Positions 34,083 through 44,443 of a stretch of DNA of 64,000 nt are shown here, one piece after another. A program made the translations under genes and the position numbers. The stretch comes from a bacterium (GTDB taxonomy: Bacteria > UBA8248 > JACPRG01 > G963555815). The notes under the pieces were generated by a model. That model saw only the letters and a list, made by a program, of their open reading frames with translations, searched no databases and was not told where the DNA came from. Every line of letters starts with the position of its first letter. The stretch's first letter is position 1. The DNA is taken from assembly GCA_965261595.1 (NCBI GenBank), contig CBDHDG010000006.1, positions 1,184,001-1,248,000 on the forward strand, written 5' to 3'.

Positions 34083-34810
34083 CGCTTCGGTTTCTCCATC
34101 CCCGTCAGCCGGCGCAACCCTTTCACTTCCGGCTCCTTCAAATATCGCCACTCTCCCGACTTGATCCCCGCCAGCGAGAGGCCCCCGAAGCGGACCCGGC
34201 GTAGCTTCAGAACCGGGTGACCCACGGCTTCGCACATCCGTTTCACCAGGTGGCTTCTCCCTTCCCGGACCGTGAGCCGCAGCCAGGCGGCCCGCGCCAG
34301 GCGGGTGTCCAGCCGGACGTTCTCGGCGACCCCCGGACCGTCGTCCAGCTCGACCCCCCGGGCCAGCCGCTTGAGTGTGCGCTCGTCCGGCAATCCCCGC
34401 ACCTTCGCGCGGTAGGTCCGTTCGACGCCGTACCGGGGGTGGGTGAGACGGTTGGCCAACGACCCTTCGGTCGTCAAAAGGAGAACCCCGTCGGTGTCAT
34501 AGTCCAGCCGCCCCACCGGCTGGACGGGGGCCTTGACGCTCGTGAGGCAATCGTACACGGTGGCCCGCCCTTGCGGATCGCGCCGCGTCGTCACGACGCC
34601 GCGCGGCTTGTACAGGAGGAGGGTCACGCCGGGCCGGGGAGGCCGGACGGGCTTGCCGTCCAGGTGCACCCGGTCCGAGGAAGGGTCCACGTCGAGCCAG
34701 GGTTCTTTGATCGGCCGACCGTTGACCTTCACCCGGCCGGCCAGGACCAATTCCCCCGCGCCGCGGCGGGAGGCCGCGCCCGCGCCCGCCAGCCATTTGA
34801 CCAGTCTCAT
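34079..34810 (-). CDS. rluB: 23S rRNA pseudouridine synthase (RluB/RsuA family)
   Basis: S4 domain, KPRG, VGRLDYDT; follows scpB. Confidence 0.88.
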   Translation of the reverse strand: MRLVKWLAGAGAASRRGAGELVLAGRVKVNGRPIKEPWLDVDPSSDRVHLDGKPVRPPRPGVTLLLYKPRGVVTTRRDPQGRATVYDCLTSVKAPVQPVGRLDYDTDGVLLLTTEGSLANRLTHPRYGVERTYRAKVRGLPDERTLKRLARGVELDDGPGVAENVRLDTRLARAAWLRLTVREGRSHLVKRMCEAVGHPVLKLRRVRFGGLSLAGIKSGEWRYLKEPEVKGLRRLTGMEKPKR

Positions 34811-35340
34811 ACGGCGCTCGACACTTCTCCGGGCTTCGGCAAATCCTGGATGGAATGGAAACCGAAATGTTCCAGAAAGCGGGAGGTGGTTCCGTAGGCC
34901 AGCGGCCGTCCCACAACCTTGCGGCGGCCGACGATGCGGACCAGCTCCCGCTCCATCAGCGTATGCAGGACGCCGCTGCAATCCAGGCCGCGCACTTCTT
35001 CAAGCTCCGCCCGGGTCACGGGTTGGCGGTAGGCCACGACCGCGAGGGTTTCGAGCGCGGCCGGAGACAGGCGCGAGCGCGTCGTCCGCTTCAGGTATCG
35101 CTTCACCCACCCGCCGTATTGGGGCCGCGTCGCCAGCCGGCATCCTCCGCCGGCCCGCCGGAGCTGAAGGGCCCGCCCCTCATACTGGGCGTCGATCTCC
35201 GCCAGGGCGGCCTCCACGCCCTCCGCGTCCAACCGGCCGTCGAACATCTCGACCAGGTCCTTGATCCGGACGGGCTCCTCCGACACGAAGAGCAAGGTCT
35301 CGATGATCGCCTTCACGTCCTGTGGATTCCGATCAGCCAT
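34807..35340 (-). CDS. scpB: SMC-Scp complex subunit ScpB
   Basis: IETLLF, LS.AALETLA.VAY.QPVTR, GRP..YGTT..FL..FG. Confidence 0.95.
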   Translation of the reverse strand: MADRNPQDVKAIIETLLFVSEEPVRIKDLVEMFDGRLDAEGVEAALAEIDAQYEGRALQLRRAGGGCRLATRPQYGGWVKRYLKRTTRSRLSPAALETLAVVAYRQPVTRAELEEVRGLDCSGVLHTLMERELVRIVGRRKVVGRPLAYGTTSRFLEHFGFHSIQDLPKPGEVSSAV

Positions 35341-36064
35341 TTCCGGCGGCCTCCGGATAGAGGTAGATGGCGCCGTGGATTTCGTTCTGCCGGATCCGGA
35401 TCAGCCGCTGGCGGATGAGCTCGAGCATCGCCAGGAAGGTGGCCGCGATCTCGATCCGCCGGACCATCCGCTCGAACAGCGCGGGGAAGGTCGTCCCTTC
35501 GGACCGGACGCGATTCAGGACGAACGTCAACCGCTCGGCGAGATCCATCTCGTCCACGTCGATTTCGTGGCGGCCCGCGTCGCCGATCCGGCGCATGACG
35601 CCCTCGTACGCCTTGAGCAGATCGAAAATGCGCACCTCTCCCAGAAAGGTCTCGGCCGGAACCGGCTCGTCCTCCATCGGGACCGAATCCGGCGAAAGGG
35701 CGCGCCGGTAGATCCCTTCATGGATCGCCTCGCGCTCCTGGAGCGCACCGGCGATTTCCTTGAACCGCTGGTATTCGAGCAGGCGGTCCACCAGATCCCG
35801 GCGCGGGTCTTCCTCCTCCACGGCCTCCTCATCCTCACGGGGGAGCAGCATCCGCGACTTGATGTACGTGAGCGTTGCGGCCATCACGAGAAAATCGCCC
35901 GCCACCTCGATGTTCAGTGTCTTCATGAACTTCAGGTAATCGAGATACTGATCGGTGATGCGGGCGATCGGGATGTCACAGATGTTGACCTGGTTCTCAC
36001 GAATCAGGTGGAGGAGAAGATCGAGGGGGCCTTCGAAAATTTCCAGACGGACTTTGTAGGTCAT
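35333..36064 (-). CDS. scpA: Segregation and condensation protein ScpA
   Basis: FEGPLDLLLHLI, FLVMAATL..IKSRMLLP, FLAMLEL; upstream TTGACA-18-TACATT. Confidence 0.95.
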   Translation of the reverse strand: MTYKVRLEIFEGPLDLLLHLIRENQVNICDIPIARITDQYLDYLKFMKTLNIEVAGDFLVMAATLTYIKSRMLLPREDEEAVEEEDPRRDLVDRLLEYQRFKEIAGALQEREAIHEGIYRRALSPDSVPMEDEPVPAETFLGEVRIFDLLKAYEGVMRRIGDAGRHEIDVDEMDLAERLTFVLNRVRSEGTTFPALFERMVRRIEIAATFLAMLELIRQRLIRIRQNEIHGAIYLYPEAAGNG

Positions 36065-36353
36065 TCTTCCTCTATCGCGCTCGGATGGCCAGCCAGCCAC
36101 CTCCATGGAATGTATCCCGGCCTTCGGGCGGATGTCAACGTAAAGATTCGGGACCCGGCGGAAAATCGTGGCTTCCGCCGCCCCGCGGCGGAAGCCGTCA
36201 CCGGATTCATCCCCCAAAAACCTCCCGGGGAAACAACCGCAAATCGAAGCGCCTTATGTATAATCCATCCATCCTGCTTTTTCCGGCCGCCGGAAGGGGT
36301 CCGCATCTTCCGGTGACGACCTTTCATCCCTTTCGCCGAGGAATCCCCCCGCG

Positions 36354-37346
36354 ATGACAAAACTTCGATTGACCCTTGCCTGCCACATCTCGGACCGGAC
36401 CCGGGCCGTCGCCGACGGCAGCGCGCCCATCGACGGCGTCGATCTGAACTGGCTGAACCTTCACGTGGCCGAGATCTTCTGGCGGATGTGCCAACACCGG
36501 GAGTTCGACGCCTCGGAGATGTCCCTGGGCGCCCACACGACCCTCACCGGCAAAGGGGAATCGCCCTTCATCGGCGTTCCGGTCTTTCCGTCCCGGGTCT
36601 TCCGGCACTCGGGGATCTTCATCTGCGCCAAAAACGGGATCGGGCGCCCGGAAGACCTGAAAGGGCGGCGCATCGGGATTCCCGAATACGCCATGACGGC
36701 CTGCGTCTGGATGCGGGGGCTGCTCCACCACGAATACGGCGTCGCGCCGGAAGACGTCACCTGGGTGGCCGGAGGCCAGGAAGTCCCCGGAAGGAAGGAG
36801 CGCGTCGCCCTCGACCTCCCCGCCTCGATCCGCCTGGAGTCGATTCCCGAACACGACACCCTGAACCGGGCGCTTTGCGAGGGAGAGGTGGACGCCCTGT
36901 TCTGCGCGCATCCCCCTTCCGCCTTCCAGGCCGGAGACCCGCGCGTGAAGCGGCTCTTCCCCGATTTCCGCGCCGCCGAGCAGGACTATTTTCGCCGCAC
37001 GGGCCTGTTCCCCATCATGCACACGCTCGTCCTGCGCCGGGACGTTCACGAGGACAACCCCTGGCTGGCCCAGAGCCTCCTTCAGGCCTTCCAGGCGGCG
37101 AAGCGGGAGGTGGAGCGCGCCCTGGGAGACCCGGGCTGGCTCATCACGATGCTGCCCTGGCAGGTCGCCGAAATGGACGACACCCGCCGGGTCATGGGCG
37201 ACGATTTCTGGCCTTACGGGATCGAGGCCAACCGCAAGACCCTCGAGACTTTCTGCCAATACGCCCTGGAGCAGGGCTTGACGTCGAGGCGGGTCGCCGT
37301 AGAGGAGATCTTCGCCCCCAACACGGCCGAGGCCTGGAAGCTGTAG
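36354..37346 (+). CDS. 4,5-dihydroxyphthalate decarboxylase-like / periplasmic-binding-fold protein
   Basis: EIFWRM..EFDASEMS, PVFPSR.FRHS, FPIMH, WPYGIEANR. Confidence 0.8.
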   Translation: MTKLRLTLACHISDRTRAVADGSAPIDGVDLNWLNLHVAEIFWRMCQHREFDASEMSLGAHTTLTGKGESPFIGVPVFPSRVFRHSGIFICAKNGIGRPEDLKGRRIGIPEYAMTACVWMRGLLHHEYGVAPEDVTWVAGGQEVPGRKERVALDLPASIRLESIPEHDTLNRALCEGEVDALFCAHPPSAFQAGDPRVKRLFPDFRAAEQDYFRRTGLFPIMHTLVLRRDVHEDNPWLAQSLLQAFQAAKREVERALGDPGWLITMLPWQVAEMDDTRRVMGDDFWPYGIEANRKTLETFCQYALEQGLTSRRVAVEEIFAPNTAEAWKL

Positions 37347-37612
37347 AGCCGCGCCGAATGGAAACCCAGCGGAGATTGAGGGTCAACCGACCCGCGCTGC
37401 AACTCACAGATCGTGTGCGCCGACCAAGTTGTGATAAGCACGAGGGCCCTCATCCGCAGCTTGGCCGGCGCGCAAGCGCCCCCCGTTTACAGGACGCGGG
37501 GTTCTCATCCCGGCCCGGCCCTGTTATAAAGGACCCCATACGTAAAAGACCCGTTGGCTCGCCCCATCCGGGAATTTCTCGCGCAACCCGCACGCACCAG
37601 GAGGCGCAATCC

Positions 37613-38788
37613 GTGACCGGACGCTCCTTTCTCTCGGACAGGGTTCAGCAACTCGGCGTTTCGCCCATTCGAGAGATCTTCGAGATCGCCGCCAAGATGA
37701 AAGACGTCGTTCGACTGGAAGTCGGGGAGCCCGACTTCGACACCCCCGCTTACATCGTGGACGCCTGCAAGGCCGCCCTGGACAGCGGGTTCACCCACTA
37801 CACATCGTTCGGGGGGATCCCCGAGCTCCGCAAGGCCCTGGCCGGCAAGCTCCGGCGAGAGAACGGCATCGAGGTCAATCCCGAGAACCAGGTCGTCGTC
37901 ACGCCGGGCGGGACAGGCGCGCTGTATGAGGCCGTCCAGGCCACGGTGAACCCCGGCGAGGAGGTTCTCCTTCCTTCTCCCGGGTGGCCTCAGTACACTT
38001 CCATCGTCCAGCTTGCGGCGGCGACGCCCGCGTACTATCCGATCACGGAATCCGGCGGTTTCATGGCCACGCGGGCCCTCATCGAGCCCCACATCAACGA
38101 CAAGACGAAGGTCCTGCTCATCAACTCGCCCAGCAATCCCACCGGCGGCGTCATCGACCGCGAGGCGCTCGAAGGGATCTGCGACCTGGTCCGGGAAAGG
38201 GACATCCTCCTGTTCTCGGACGAGGTGTACGAGCTCATCCTCTACGAAGGCGAGCACATCAGCCCGGCGGCCCTGCCCGGCATGGCCGAGCGCACGATCA
38301 CGATCAACGCCGCTTCGAAGACCTTCGCCATGACGGGCTGGCGCATCGGCTACGCCGCCGGACCCGCCGACATCATCACGGAGATGACGAAGCTAAACCT
38401 CTACACCAACACCCACCCCAACTCCTTCGTCCAGCTTGCGTGCGTGGAAGGCTATGACAACCAGCAGCAGGACGTTCTGGACGAGATGGTCTCGTCCTAC
38501 CGGCAGCGGCGGGACTTCATGGTGAAGAACTTGAATGAGCTCCCCGGCGTCCGCTGCCCCAACCCGAAAGGGGCCTTTTACCTGTTCCTCAACATCGAGG
38601 GCACGGGGCTGAGCTCGATGGAGTTCGCGAAGACGCTCCTGGAAAAAGGCGGGGTGTCGACGGTCCCCGGAAGCGGCTTCGGCCCCGGCGGGGAGGGCTA
38701 TCTGCGCCTCTGCTTCGCCCAATCGATGGATGAGCTGGAAAAGGCGGTGGACCGGATGGCGAAGGTGACGGGGGAGCTGAAAGGGTAG
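37613..38788 (+). CDS. Class I/II PLP aminotransferase (aspartate aminotransferase-like)
   Basis: GEPDFDTP, NSPSNPTG, SDEVY, SKTFAMTGWRIG. Confidence 0.93.
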   Translation: MTGRSFLSDRVQQLGVSPIREIFEIAAKMKDVVRLEVGEPDFDTPAYIVDACKAALDSGFTHYTSFGGIPELRKALAGKLRRENGIEVNPENQVVVTPGGTGALYEAVQATVNPGEEVLLPSPGWPQYTSIVQLAAATPAYYPITESGGFMATRALIEPHINDKTKVLLINSPSNPTGGVIDREALEGICDLVRERDILLFSDEVYELILYEGEHISPAALPGMAERTITINAASKTFAMTGWRIGYAAGPADIITEMTKLNLYTNTHPNSFVQLACVEGYDNQQQDVLDEMVSSYRQRRDFMVKNLNELPGVRCPNPKGAFYLFLNIEGTGLSSMEFAKTLLEKGGVSTVPGSGFGPGGEGYLRLCFAQSMDELEKAVDRMAKVTGELKG

Positions 38789-38848
38789 AGGCGAAAATCG
38801 CGGGGGACGTTTTTTGAACGACGTGCCCTCGCCCCCACCAGTCCCTCC

Positions 38849-39592
38849 TTATACCGGCTTCAACCCTAAACCCATTTCGATCGCGTCTACGTTCAGGTGC
38901 TCCTCGACGGCGTTGATGAGCCGCATGGGGTCCGGGGTGTCGCCGCCGGCAATCGGCAGGTGGGGCAGGACACCCAGGAGGGGAACGTCGGTGAGGGCCG
39001 TCAGGACGTCCGGGTTGGTCTCCTCTGAAACCGTTGAAGGCGGGGCGGCGGCGCTCAGAACGACGCCGAGGACGCGGAGGTCCCGGCGGGCGGCCGCTTC
39101 GAGGGTCAGGAGGGTGTGATTCAGCGTTCCCAACCCCAGCCGCCCGACCACCAGGATCGGCGCGCCGAACCGGACGGCCAGGTCCGAGACCCGGAACCCC
39201 TCCGCAATGGGGACGAGGAACCCGCCGACGCCTTCGATCAGCGTCACATCATGGGCGGCGCGAATCCCCTCGAAGGCCGAGACGATCCGCTCGGGGTCGA
39301 TCCGGCGTCCTTCTCTCTCGGCGGCGACGAACGGCGCCAGGGGCTCGCGGAACCGGTAGGGGCAGATTGCGTCCAGCGGGCCCTCGCACCCGGCCATTGC
39401 TTTGACGAACAGCGCGTCCCGGGGGACCGTTTCTCCCCCCTCCTCCGGGCACCCGCTTTCCGCCGGCTTCATGTTTCCGACCAGACGGCCGCGGCGCCTG
39501 AGCGCCCCCGCCAGCCCCCCGGCCGTCCAGGTCTTCCCGACGCCGGTGTCCGTCCCGGTGATGAACAGGGCCTTGCCTTGGGGACTTCTCAT
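38849..39592 (-). CDS. bioD: Dethiobiotin synthase
   Basis: FITGTDTGVGKT, EGVGG, LGTLNHTLLT. Confidence 0.95.
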   Translation of the reverse strand: MRSPQGKALFITGTDTGVGKTWTAGGLAGALRRRGRLVGNMKPAESGCPEEGGETVPRDALFVKAMAGCEGPLDAICPYRFREPLAPFVAAEREGRRIDPERIVSAFEGIRAAHDVTLIEGVGGFLVPIAEGFRVSDLAVRFGAPILVVGRLGLGTLNHTLLTLEAAARRDLRVLGVVLSAAAPPSTVSEETNPDVLTALTDVPLLGVLPHLPIAGGDTPDPMRLINAVEEHLNVDAIEMGLGLKPV

Positions 39593-39638
39593 GGAGGGAA
39601 TTTCCCGTTGGCGCCATGTCGTTCGCGGAATGCGCTCA

Positions 39639-40481
39639 TCAGGATTGCGTTTGACTTTCCCCCGGCAGGACGATGACCGAATCGTCCCGGTTTCCCCATT
39701 CCCACCAGGACCCCAGGTAGTTCTTCACGTTCGGGTAGCCGAGCAGCTTCAGGGCCAGATACGTGTTGGCCGAGCGGTAGCCTCCCTGGCAATAAGGCAG
39801 GATGTTTTTGTCGGGCGTGACGCCTTTGGATTCGTAGAGCGCCCGGATCTCTTCGGCGGGGCGGAAGGCGCCTTTCCCGTCCAGGTGCTCGCGCCAGAAG
39901 AGGTGGACGGCCCCGGGAATCGTCCCGACCCGCCGCGCGCGCTTCTCGGTCCCGACGTATTCGGACTCCCGCCGTGTGTCGAGGAGGATGGTTTCCGGGT
40001 CTTCGATGGCCGCGTGGACGTCGAACCGCGTCGCCAGGCGGTCCATCCTGCGGCGGTTGCCCTCGAAGGACATCCGCTCCACACCCTCGGCCTTTGCCGT
40101 GACCGAGTGGCCCGCCTCCCGCCACGCCGGAAGGCCGCCGTCCAGGAGCCGGGCGTCCGGGTGGTCGAAGAGATCGAGGAGCCAGACGCCCCGGGCGGCG
40201 CGCTCTCCGGACTCGTGGTCGTAGAAGACGACGGTCCTGTCGCGGTCCACGCCCCGGAAGCCGAAGAGGTTCTCGACCATCCAGAGGAAGGCGTTCAGGG
40301 GGTTTTCGGAGGTGTCGTTGAGACTCACGCCGTAAAAATCGAAATGCAGGGCGGTCTCGATGTGGCCGTTGGCGTAATCCTCCCCCGGCCGGACGTCGAT
40401 GAGGGTGACATCACGAAGCCGCGCGTTCAGCTCGTCGGGTGTGATGAGGCGCCTTGGCTCGGAAAATCCTTTGTACGTCAT
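39639..40481 (-). CDS. Two-domain rhodanese / sulfurtransferase (SseA-like)
   Basis: GHI..A, LDGG..AW, IPGA, YCQGGYRS active site, YLGSW.EW. Confidence 0.93.
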   Translation of the reverse strand: MTYKGFSEPRRLITPDELNARLRDVTLIDVRPGEDYANGHIETALHFDFYGVSLNDTSENPLNAFLWMVENLFGFRGVDRDRTVVFYDHESGERAARGVWLLDLFDHPDARLLDGGLPAWREAGHSVTAKAEGVERMSFEGNRRRMDRLATRFDVHAAIEDPETILLDTRRESEYVGTEKRARRVGTIPGAVHLFWREHLDGKGAFRPAEEIRALYESKGVTPDKNILPYCQGGYRSANTYLALKLLGYPNVKNYLGSWWEWGNRDDSVIVLPGESQTQS

Positions 40482-40501
40482 GAAATCCTCCCGGTATTTT
40501 T

Positions 40502-41872
40502 TCAGTTCGTTTCCGTCGCCGCCCGGATGCTCTCAAACGTCGTCCGGACGATCTCCCGCAGCACCTCATCCGGCGTCGCCAACGGCGGCATGAGGACGAT
40601 GACGTTGCCGAGGGGACGGATGAGGAGGCCGAGCTTGCGGGCCTCGATCGCCACTTGATGGCCGACGCGCTCTTCAGGCGGATAGGGCGCTTTCGTCTCG
40701 GTGTCCAGGACCAGCTCGATCCCCGCCATCAGCCCGCGCCGGCGGATCTCCCCCACGTGCGGGCGCGTCTTCATCCGGTCCAGCTCCCCGGCAAAAAGAT
40801 CGATCTTCCCCGGCAGCCGGTCGAGCGTCCTCTCCTCCTCGAAGATGTCCAGGTTGGCCAGGGCGGCCGCGCAGGCGATGGGGTTGCCGGTGTACGTGTG
40901 GCCGTGAAAGAAGGTCCGCATCGAGGCGGCGTCCCCGAGAAAGGCCCCGTAGACCTCCTCGGTTGCCAGCGTGGCGGCGAGGGGGAGCGTCCCCCCGGTG
41001 ATTCCCTTGGCGACAGCCATGAGGTCCGGGACCACGCCTTCGCGCTCGCAGGCCCACATCGTCCCTGTCCGGCCGAAACCCGTGGCGACCTCGTCGGCGA
41101 TGAGGAGGACATCGCATTCGTCGCAAACCTTCCGGACGCGCTTCAGGAATCCCTCCGGGGCGGCGATCATCCCGCCCGCCCCCTGCATGACGGGCTCGAC
41201 GATGAACGCGGCCAGCTCATCGGCGTGCTCGCGGACCCGCGCCTCCATCTCGTCGGCGCAAAAGAGGTCGCACGCCGGATACGTCTTGCCGAACGGGCAC
41301 CGGTAGCAGTAAGGGGCCTCCGCTTTGACCGTATCGAACAACAGGGGCCGGTACACCTCATGGAACAGGTCGATGCCGCCGACGCTCACCGCGCCGATCG
41401 TGTCCCCGTGATAGGCCTCCCGGAGGGAGATGAACCCGCGCTTCTCCGGCCGGGGGGGCGTTCGCTGGACCTGATACTGGAAGGCGATCTTCAGGGCGAC
41501 CTCGACCGCCGTGGCCCCGCTGTCCGAGTAAAAAACGCGCGTCAGGCCCTCGGGCGCGACGGCGGCCAGCCTTTCGGCCAGGCGGACGGCGGCCGGGTGG
41601 GTGAGTCCGAGGAGGGTCGAGTGGTCGAGCGTAGCGGCCTGGCGGGAGATGGCCTCGACGATCTTCGGGTGGCCGTGGCCGTGAACGACGCACCACAGGG
41701 ACGAGACCCCGTCGATGTAGCGGCGGCCCGCCTCGTCGATGAGATGCACCCCTTCGCCCCGGACGATGACGGGAAAATCCTCCTTCTCCCATTCGAGCAT
41801 CTGGGTGAAGGGGTGCCACAGGTGTTCGAGATCGCGGGCGGCGATGTCGGATCGGTTCCGGCGGTCATTCAT
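40502..41872 (-). CDS. bioA: Adenosylmethionine-8-amino-7-oxononanoate aminotransferase
   Basis: LWHPFTQM, DGVSSLW, YHGDT.GA, DEVATGFGRTG, HGHTYTGN. Confidence 0.96.
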   Translation of the reverse strand: MNDRRNRSDIAARDLEHLWHPFTQMLEWEKEDFPVIVRGEGVHLIDEAGRRYIDGVSSLWCVVHGHGHPKIVEAISRQAATLDHSTLLGLTHPAAVRLAERLAAVAPEGLTRVFYSDSGATAVEVALKIAFQYQVQRTPPRPEKRGFISLREAYHGDTIGAVSVGGIDLFHEVYRPLLFDTVKAEAPYCYRCPFGKTYPACDLFCADEMEARVREHADELAAFIVEPVMQGAGGMIAAPEGFLKRVRKVCDECDVLLIADEVATGFGRTGTMWACEREGVVPDLMAVAKGITGGTLPLAATLATEEVYGAFLGDAASMRTFFHGHTYTGNPIACAAALANLDIFEEERTLDRLPGKIDLFAGELDRMKTRPHVGEIRRRGLMAGIELVLDTETKAPYPPEERVGHQVAIEARKLGLLIRPLGNVIVLMPPLATPDEVLREIVRTTFESIRAATETN

Positions 41873-43089
41873 CGTGAGACCCCGCGGACGGCGCCGAGAA
41901 GGCCGAGGGATCGGCCGGCGGCCTCAAAGGCGTCGAGGGCCCGCTCCAGGTGGACGCCTTCGTGGGCGGCGGAAACCGTCGCGCGGACCCGCGCCGTCCC
42001 CTCGGGAATAGTGGGGGGGCGGATGGCCCGGGCGAAGACGCCGTGTTCCAACAAACCTTCGGCCAGCTTCATGGCCCTGTCGGCGTCTCCCGCGATGACG
42101 GGGATGATGGGCGTCCCGTCTTGCGGGACGTCGAAGCCGACGGACCGCAGGCCCTCCCGGAAGAAGGCGATGTTTCGGTGGAGGCGGGCGATTCGCTCGG
42201 GCTCCGTCTCGACGATGCGGAGGGCTTCCCGGGCGGCGGCCGCCACAGGGGGCGGGAGCGCCGTCGTGTAGATGAACGACCGGCAGGCGTTGATCAGGTA
42301 ATCGATGAGCGCGCGTGAGCCGCACACGTAGGCCCCGGAGGCCCCGAGGGCCTTGCCCAGGGTCCCCATCTTCACGTCGATGAGGGGGTCCACGCCGAAA
42401 TGGGAGGCGGTCCCCCTCCCCCTCCCCCCTTCGCCCAGGACGCCCGTGCCGTGGGCGTCGTCCACCATGATGGAAGCCCCGAAGCGGCGGGCGATGGGGA
42501 CGATCCGGTCCAGGGGGGAAAGATCGCCGTCCATGCTGAAGACCCCTTCGGTGACGACCAGCCGGGGGGCGGGGAAAAGGGGGGAGGGGGGGTCTTCGAC
42601 GGGCTCGGCGAGGAGCGCTTCCAGGTGGTCCGGGTCGTTGTGCCGGAAGACCCGGACATCGGCCCGGCTCAGTCTCGCCCCGTCGATGAGGGAGGCGTGG
42701 TTGAGGGCGTCGCTGTAGACGACGCATCCCGGTCCGGCCAGGGCGGGGATGACACCGACGTTCGCCGCATATCCCGAGCTGAAGATCAGGCAGGCCTCGG
42801 CGCCCTTGAACCGGGCCAGGGCCTCTTCCAGCTCGTGATGGGACCTCTTGGCGCCCGAGACGAGGCGGGCGCTTCCGGCCCCGAAACCTTCCCTGTCCAT
42901 GGCCTTCTTCGCGGCTTCGGCCAGCCGGGGGTCCGAGGCCAGGCCCAGATAGTCGTTGCCGCACAGGACGACGGCCTCCCGTCCGGCGATCCGCCCGGTG
43001 GGTCCCGTGGGACCTTCGACGGGGAGGATGGACCGCATCAGGCCGGCATGCGCAATCCGTTCCAGGAGGGTTTTGAGGCGCTCTTCCAT
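41869..43089 (-). CDS. bioF: 8-amino-7-oxononanoate synthase
   Basis: NDYLGL, SGYAAN, NHASLIDG, FSMDGD, DDAHG, TLGKALG. Confidence 0.94.
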   Translation of the reverse strand: MEERLKTLLERIAHAGLMRSILPVEGPTGPTGRIAGREAVVLCGNDYLGLASDPRLAEAAKKAMDREGFGAGSARLVSGAKRSHHELEEALARFKGAEACLIFSSGYAANVGVIPALAGPGCVVYSDALNHASLIDGARLSRADVRVFRHNDPDHLEALLAEPVEDPPSPLFPAPRLVVTEGVFSMDGDLSPLDRIVPIARRFGASIMVDDAHGTGVLGEGGRGRGTASHFGVDPLIDVKMGTLGKALGASGAYVCGSRALIDYLINACRSFIYTTALPPPVAAAAREALRIVETEPERIARLHRNIAFFREGLRSVGFDVPQDGTPIIPVIAGDADRAMKLAEGLLEHGVFARAIRPPTIPEGTARVRATVSAAHEGVHLERALDAFEAAGRSLGLLGAVRGVSR

Positions 43090-43454
43090 CGGGGGGCTAC
43101 ACTTCGCGGTTTATCCGGTCAGGCTCTCCGCCCATATCGAACACGGCCTTCCGCCGAGGTCTTTCCGGCCGATCCGATCACCATTCTTGATCAAGATCGG
43201 ATTGAGAGGAAGGGGTTCGCGGGCATTTCACTGAAAATCGAAGGATGTTTGAGATGAGACCGTGAGCGATCCGCTGGGCGCCCCGTCCCGGTCCATCACA
43301 CGCCCAAGCGCAGAACGGGGTGTTTCTGCCGGGGACTCCCTCGCGTCGGGCAATAAATAGAAAGAAAACCCGTTCACCGGCCCATCCGAAGTTGAAAAAT
43401 CTCTTTGCGAGCCATTCATAACACATTGAAATAAAGTTCTTTAAATAATGGGGA

Positions 43455-44309
43455 TTATAAAGGTTTTGACACCAATTGAGTGAGATGTTGTACCACCAGG
43501 GGAAAGAGATCCTGGTGTCGGTGATTGTAACGGAATTCCATCTCCTTCAGGTAGAGGGGGAACCGCTCTTTGGACACCCCATGATGTTTGATGAGCCTCT
43601 CCTTGGCGTAGGCCCAAAAGCCTTCCAGGCCGTTGATGTGCACTTTGCCCCGACTGAAGCGCCGATCATGATCCACCCGCAAGTGGCGATAGCCGCAGAA
43701 CATCAGGGCGTCATAGACCCGGTAGCGGTCGGTGTAGACCACGCTGCCCCGACGGACCAACTTCACGGTGGAGGCCAAAAGGGTCTGGGCCTTGACGTTG
43801 CCGACCGCCTCCACCTTCACCCGGCCGCCCCGCTCCAATATGCCGAAAACAGGGACTTTACCCGCTGCGCCTCGGCCTCTCTTGCCCTTGCGCTTGCCCC
43901 CGAAGTAGGCCTCGTCCGCCTCCACCTCCCCTCGAAGAAGCTCCTGTCCCCCCGGCGTGCCGGCCACAAGACTGCGCCTGAGCGTCGTCACGGCCCGCAG
44001 CGCTGTCGGATAGCTCACGGCGAGTTGCTGGGCCATCTTGCGGGCCGAGACCTCCAGCTCAAAGAGCTTCACCACCCAAAGCCACTGCCGGGCCGAGAGG
44101 CGAAGTTGGCCCAGCCAGCGGCCCGTGAACGGCCCGAAGGTGTACCGACACCCAGCGCAGCGAAAGCGCCCCCGCGTGCCCAAAACGTAGCGTTTTCGAC
44201 CCTCACAACGAGGGCAGATTTTACGCCCGTTTTTCTGACACGCCATGAGCAGATGGCGTCTCGCTGTAGCTTCCGATTTTACAAGGACTTCAAAGCTCTT
44301 CAGGTCCAC
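43455..44309 (-). CDS. IS1595-family transposase
   Basis: Zn ribbon CPRC..C..C, EADEAYFGG, YTD, HINGLEGFW, YLKEMEFRYN. Confidence 0.92.
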   Translation of the reverse strand: MDLKSFEVLVKSEATARRHLLMACQKNGRKICPRCEGRKRYVLGTRGRFRCAGCRYTFGPFTGRWLGQLRLSARQWLWVVKLFELEVSARKMAQQLAVSYPTALRAVTTLRRSLVAGTPGGQELLRGEVEADEAYFGGKRKGKRGRGAAGKVPVFGILERGGRVKVEAVGNVKAQTLLASTVKLVRRGSVVYTDRYRVYDALMFCGYRHLRVDHDRRFSRGKVHINGLEGFWAYAKERLIKHHGVSKERFPLYLKEMEFRYNHRHQDLFPLVVQHLTQLVSKPL

Positions 44310-44337
44310 GACACCAGCCTAATCCGGTGTCATATCT
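43462..44337 (-). mobile_element. IS1595-family element (ends approximate)
   Basis: Imperfect IRs GTTTTGACACC / GATATGACACC in AT-rich flanks; transposase stop falls outside the IR; no clean target duplication. Confidence 0.7.
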
Positions 44338-44413
44338 TTTACAATTGCCAAAATAATTATAGAGATTCCATCCAGACGGATCTGAAATATTATATATCTT
44401 TATAGTTATATTA

Positions 44414-44443
44414 CTTGATAATAAATCACTCAGGTTATATCTT
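44414..44443 (+). promoter_or_regulatory. hsp20 promoter with overlapping HAIR-like inverted repeat
   Basis: TTGATA-17-TATCTT; CTTGATA-N7-ACTCAGG versus HAIR CTTGAGT-N7-ACTCAAG. Confidence 0.5.

Noticed and set aside
36488..37612. 766-aa fusion ORF
   Set aside because: The N-terminal part is an alternate-frame overlap of the 36354-37346 gene; the aminotransferase starts at GTG 37613 after an RBS.
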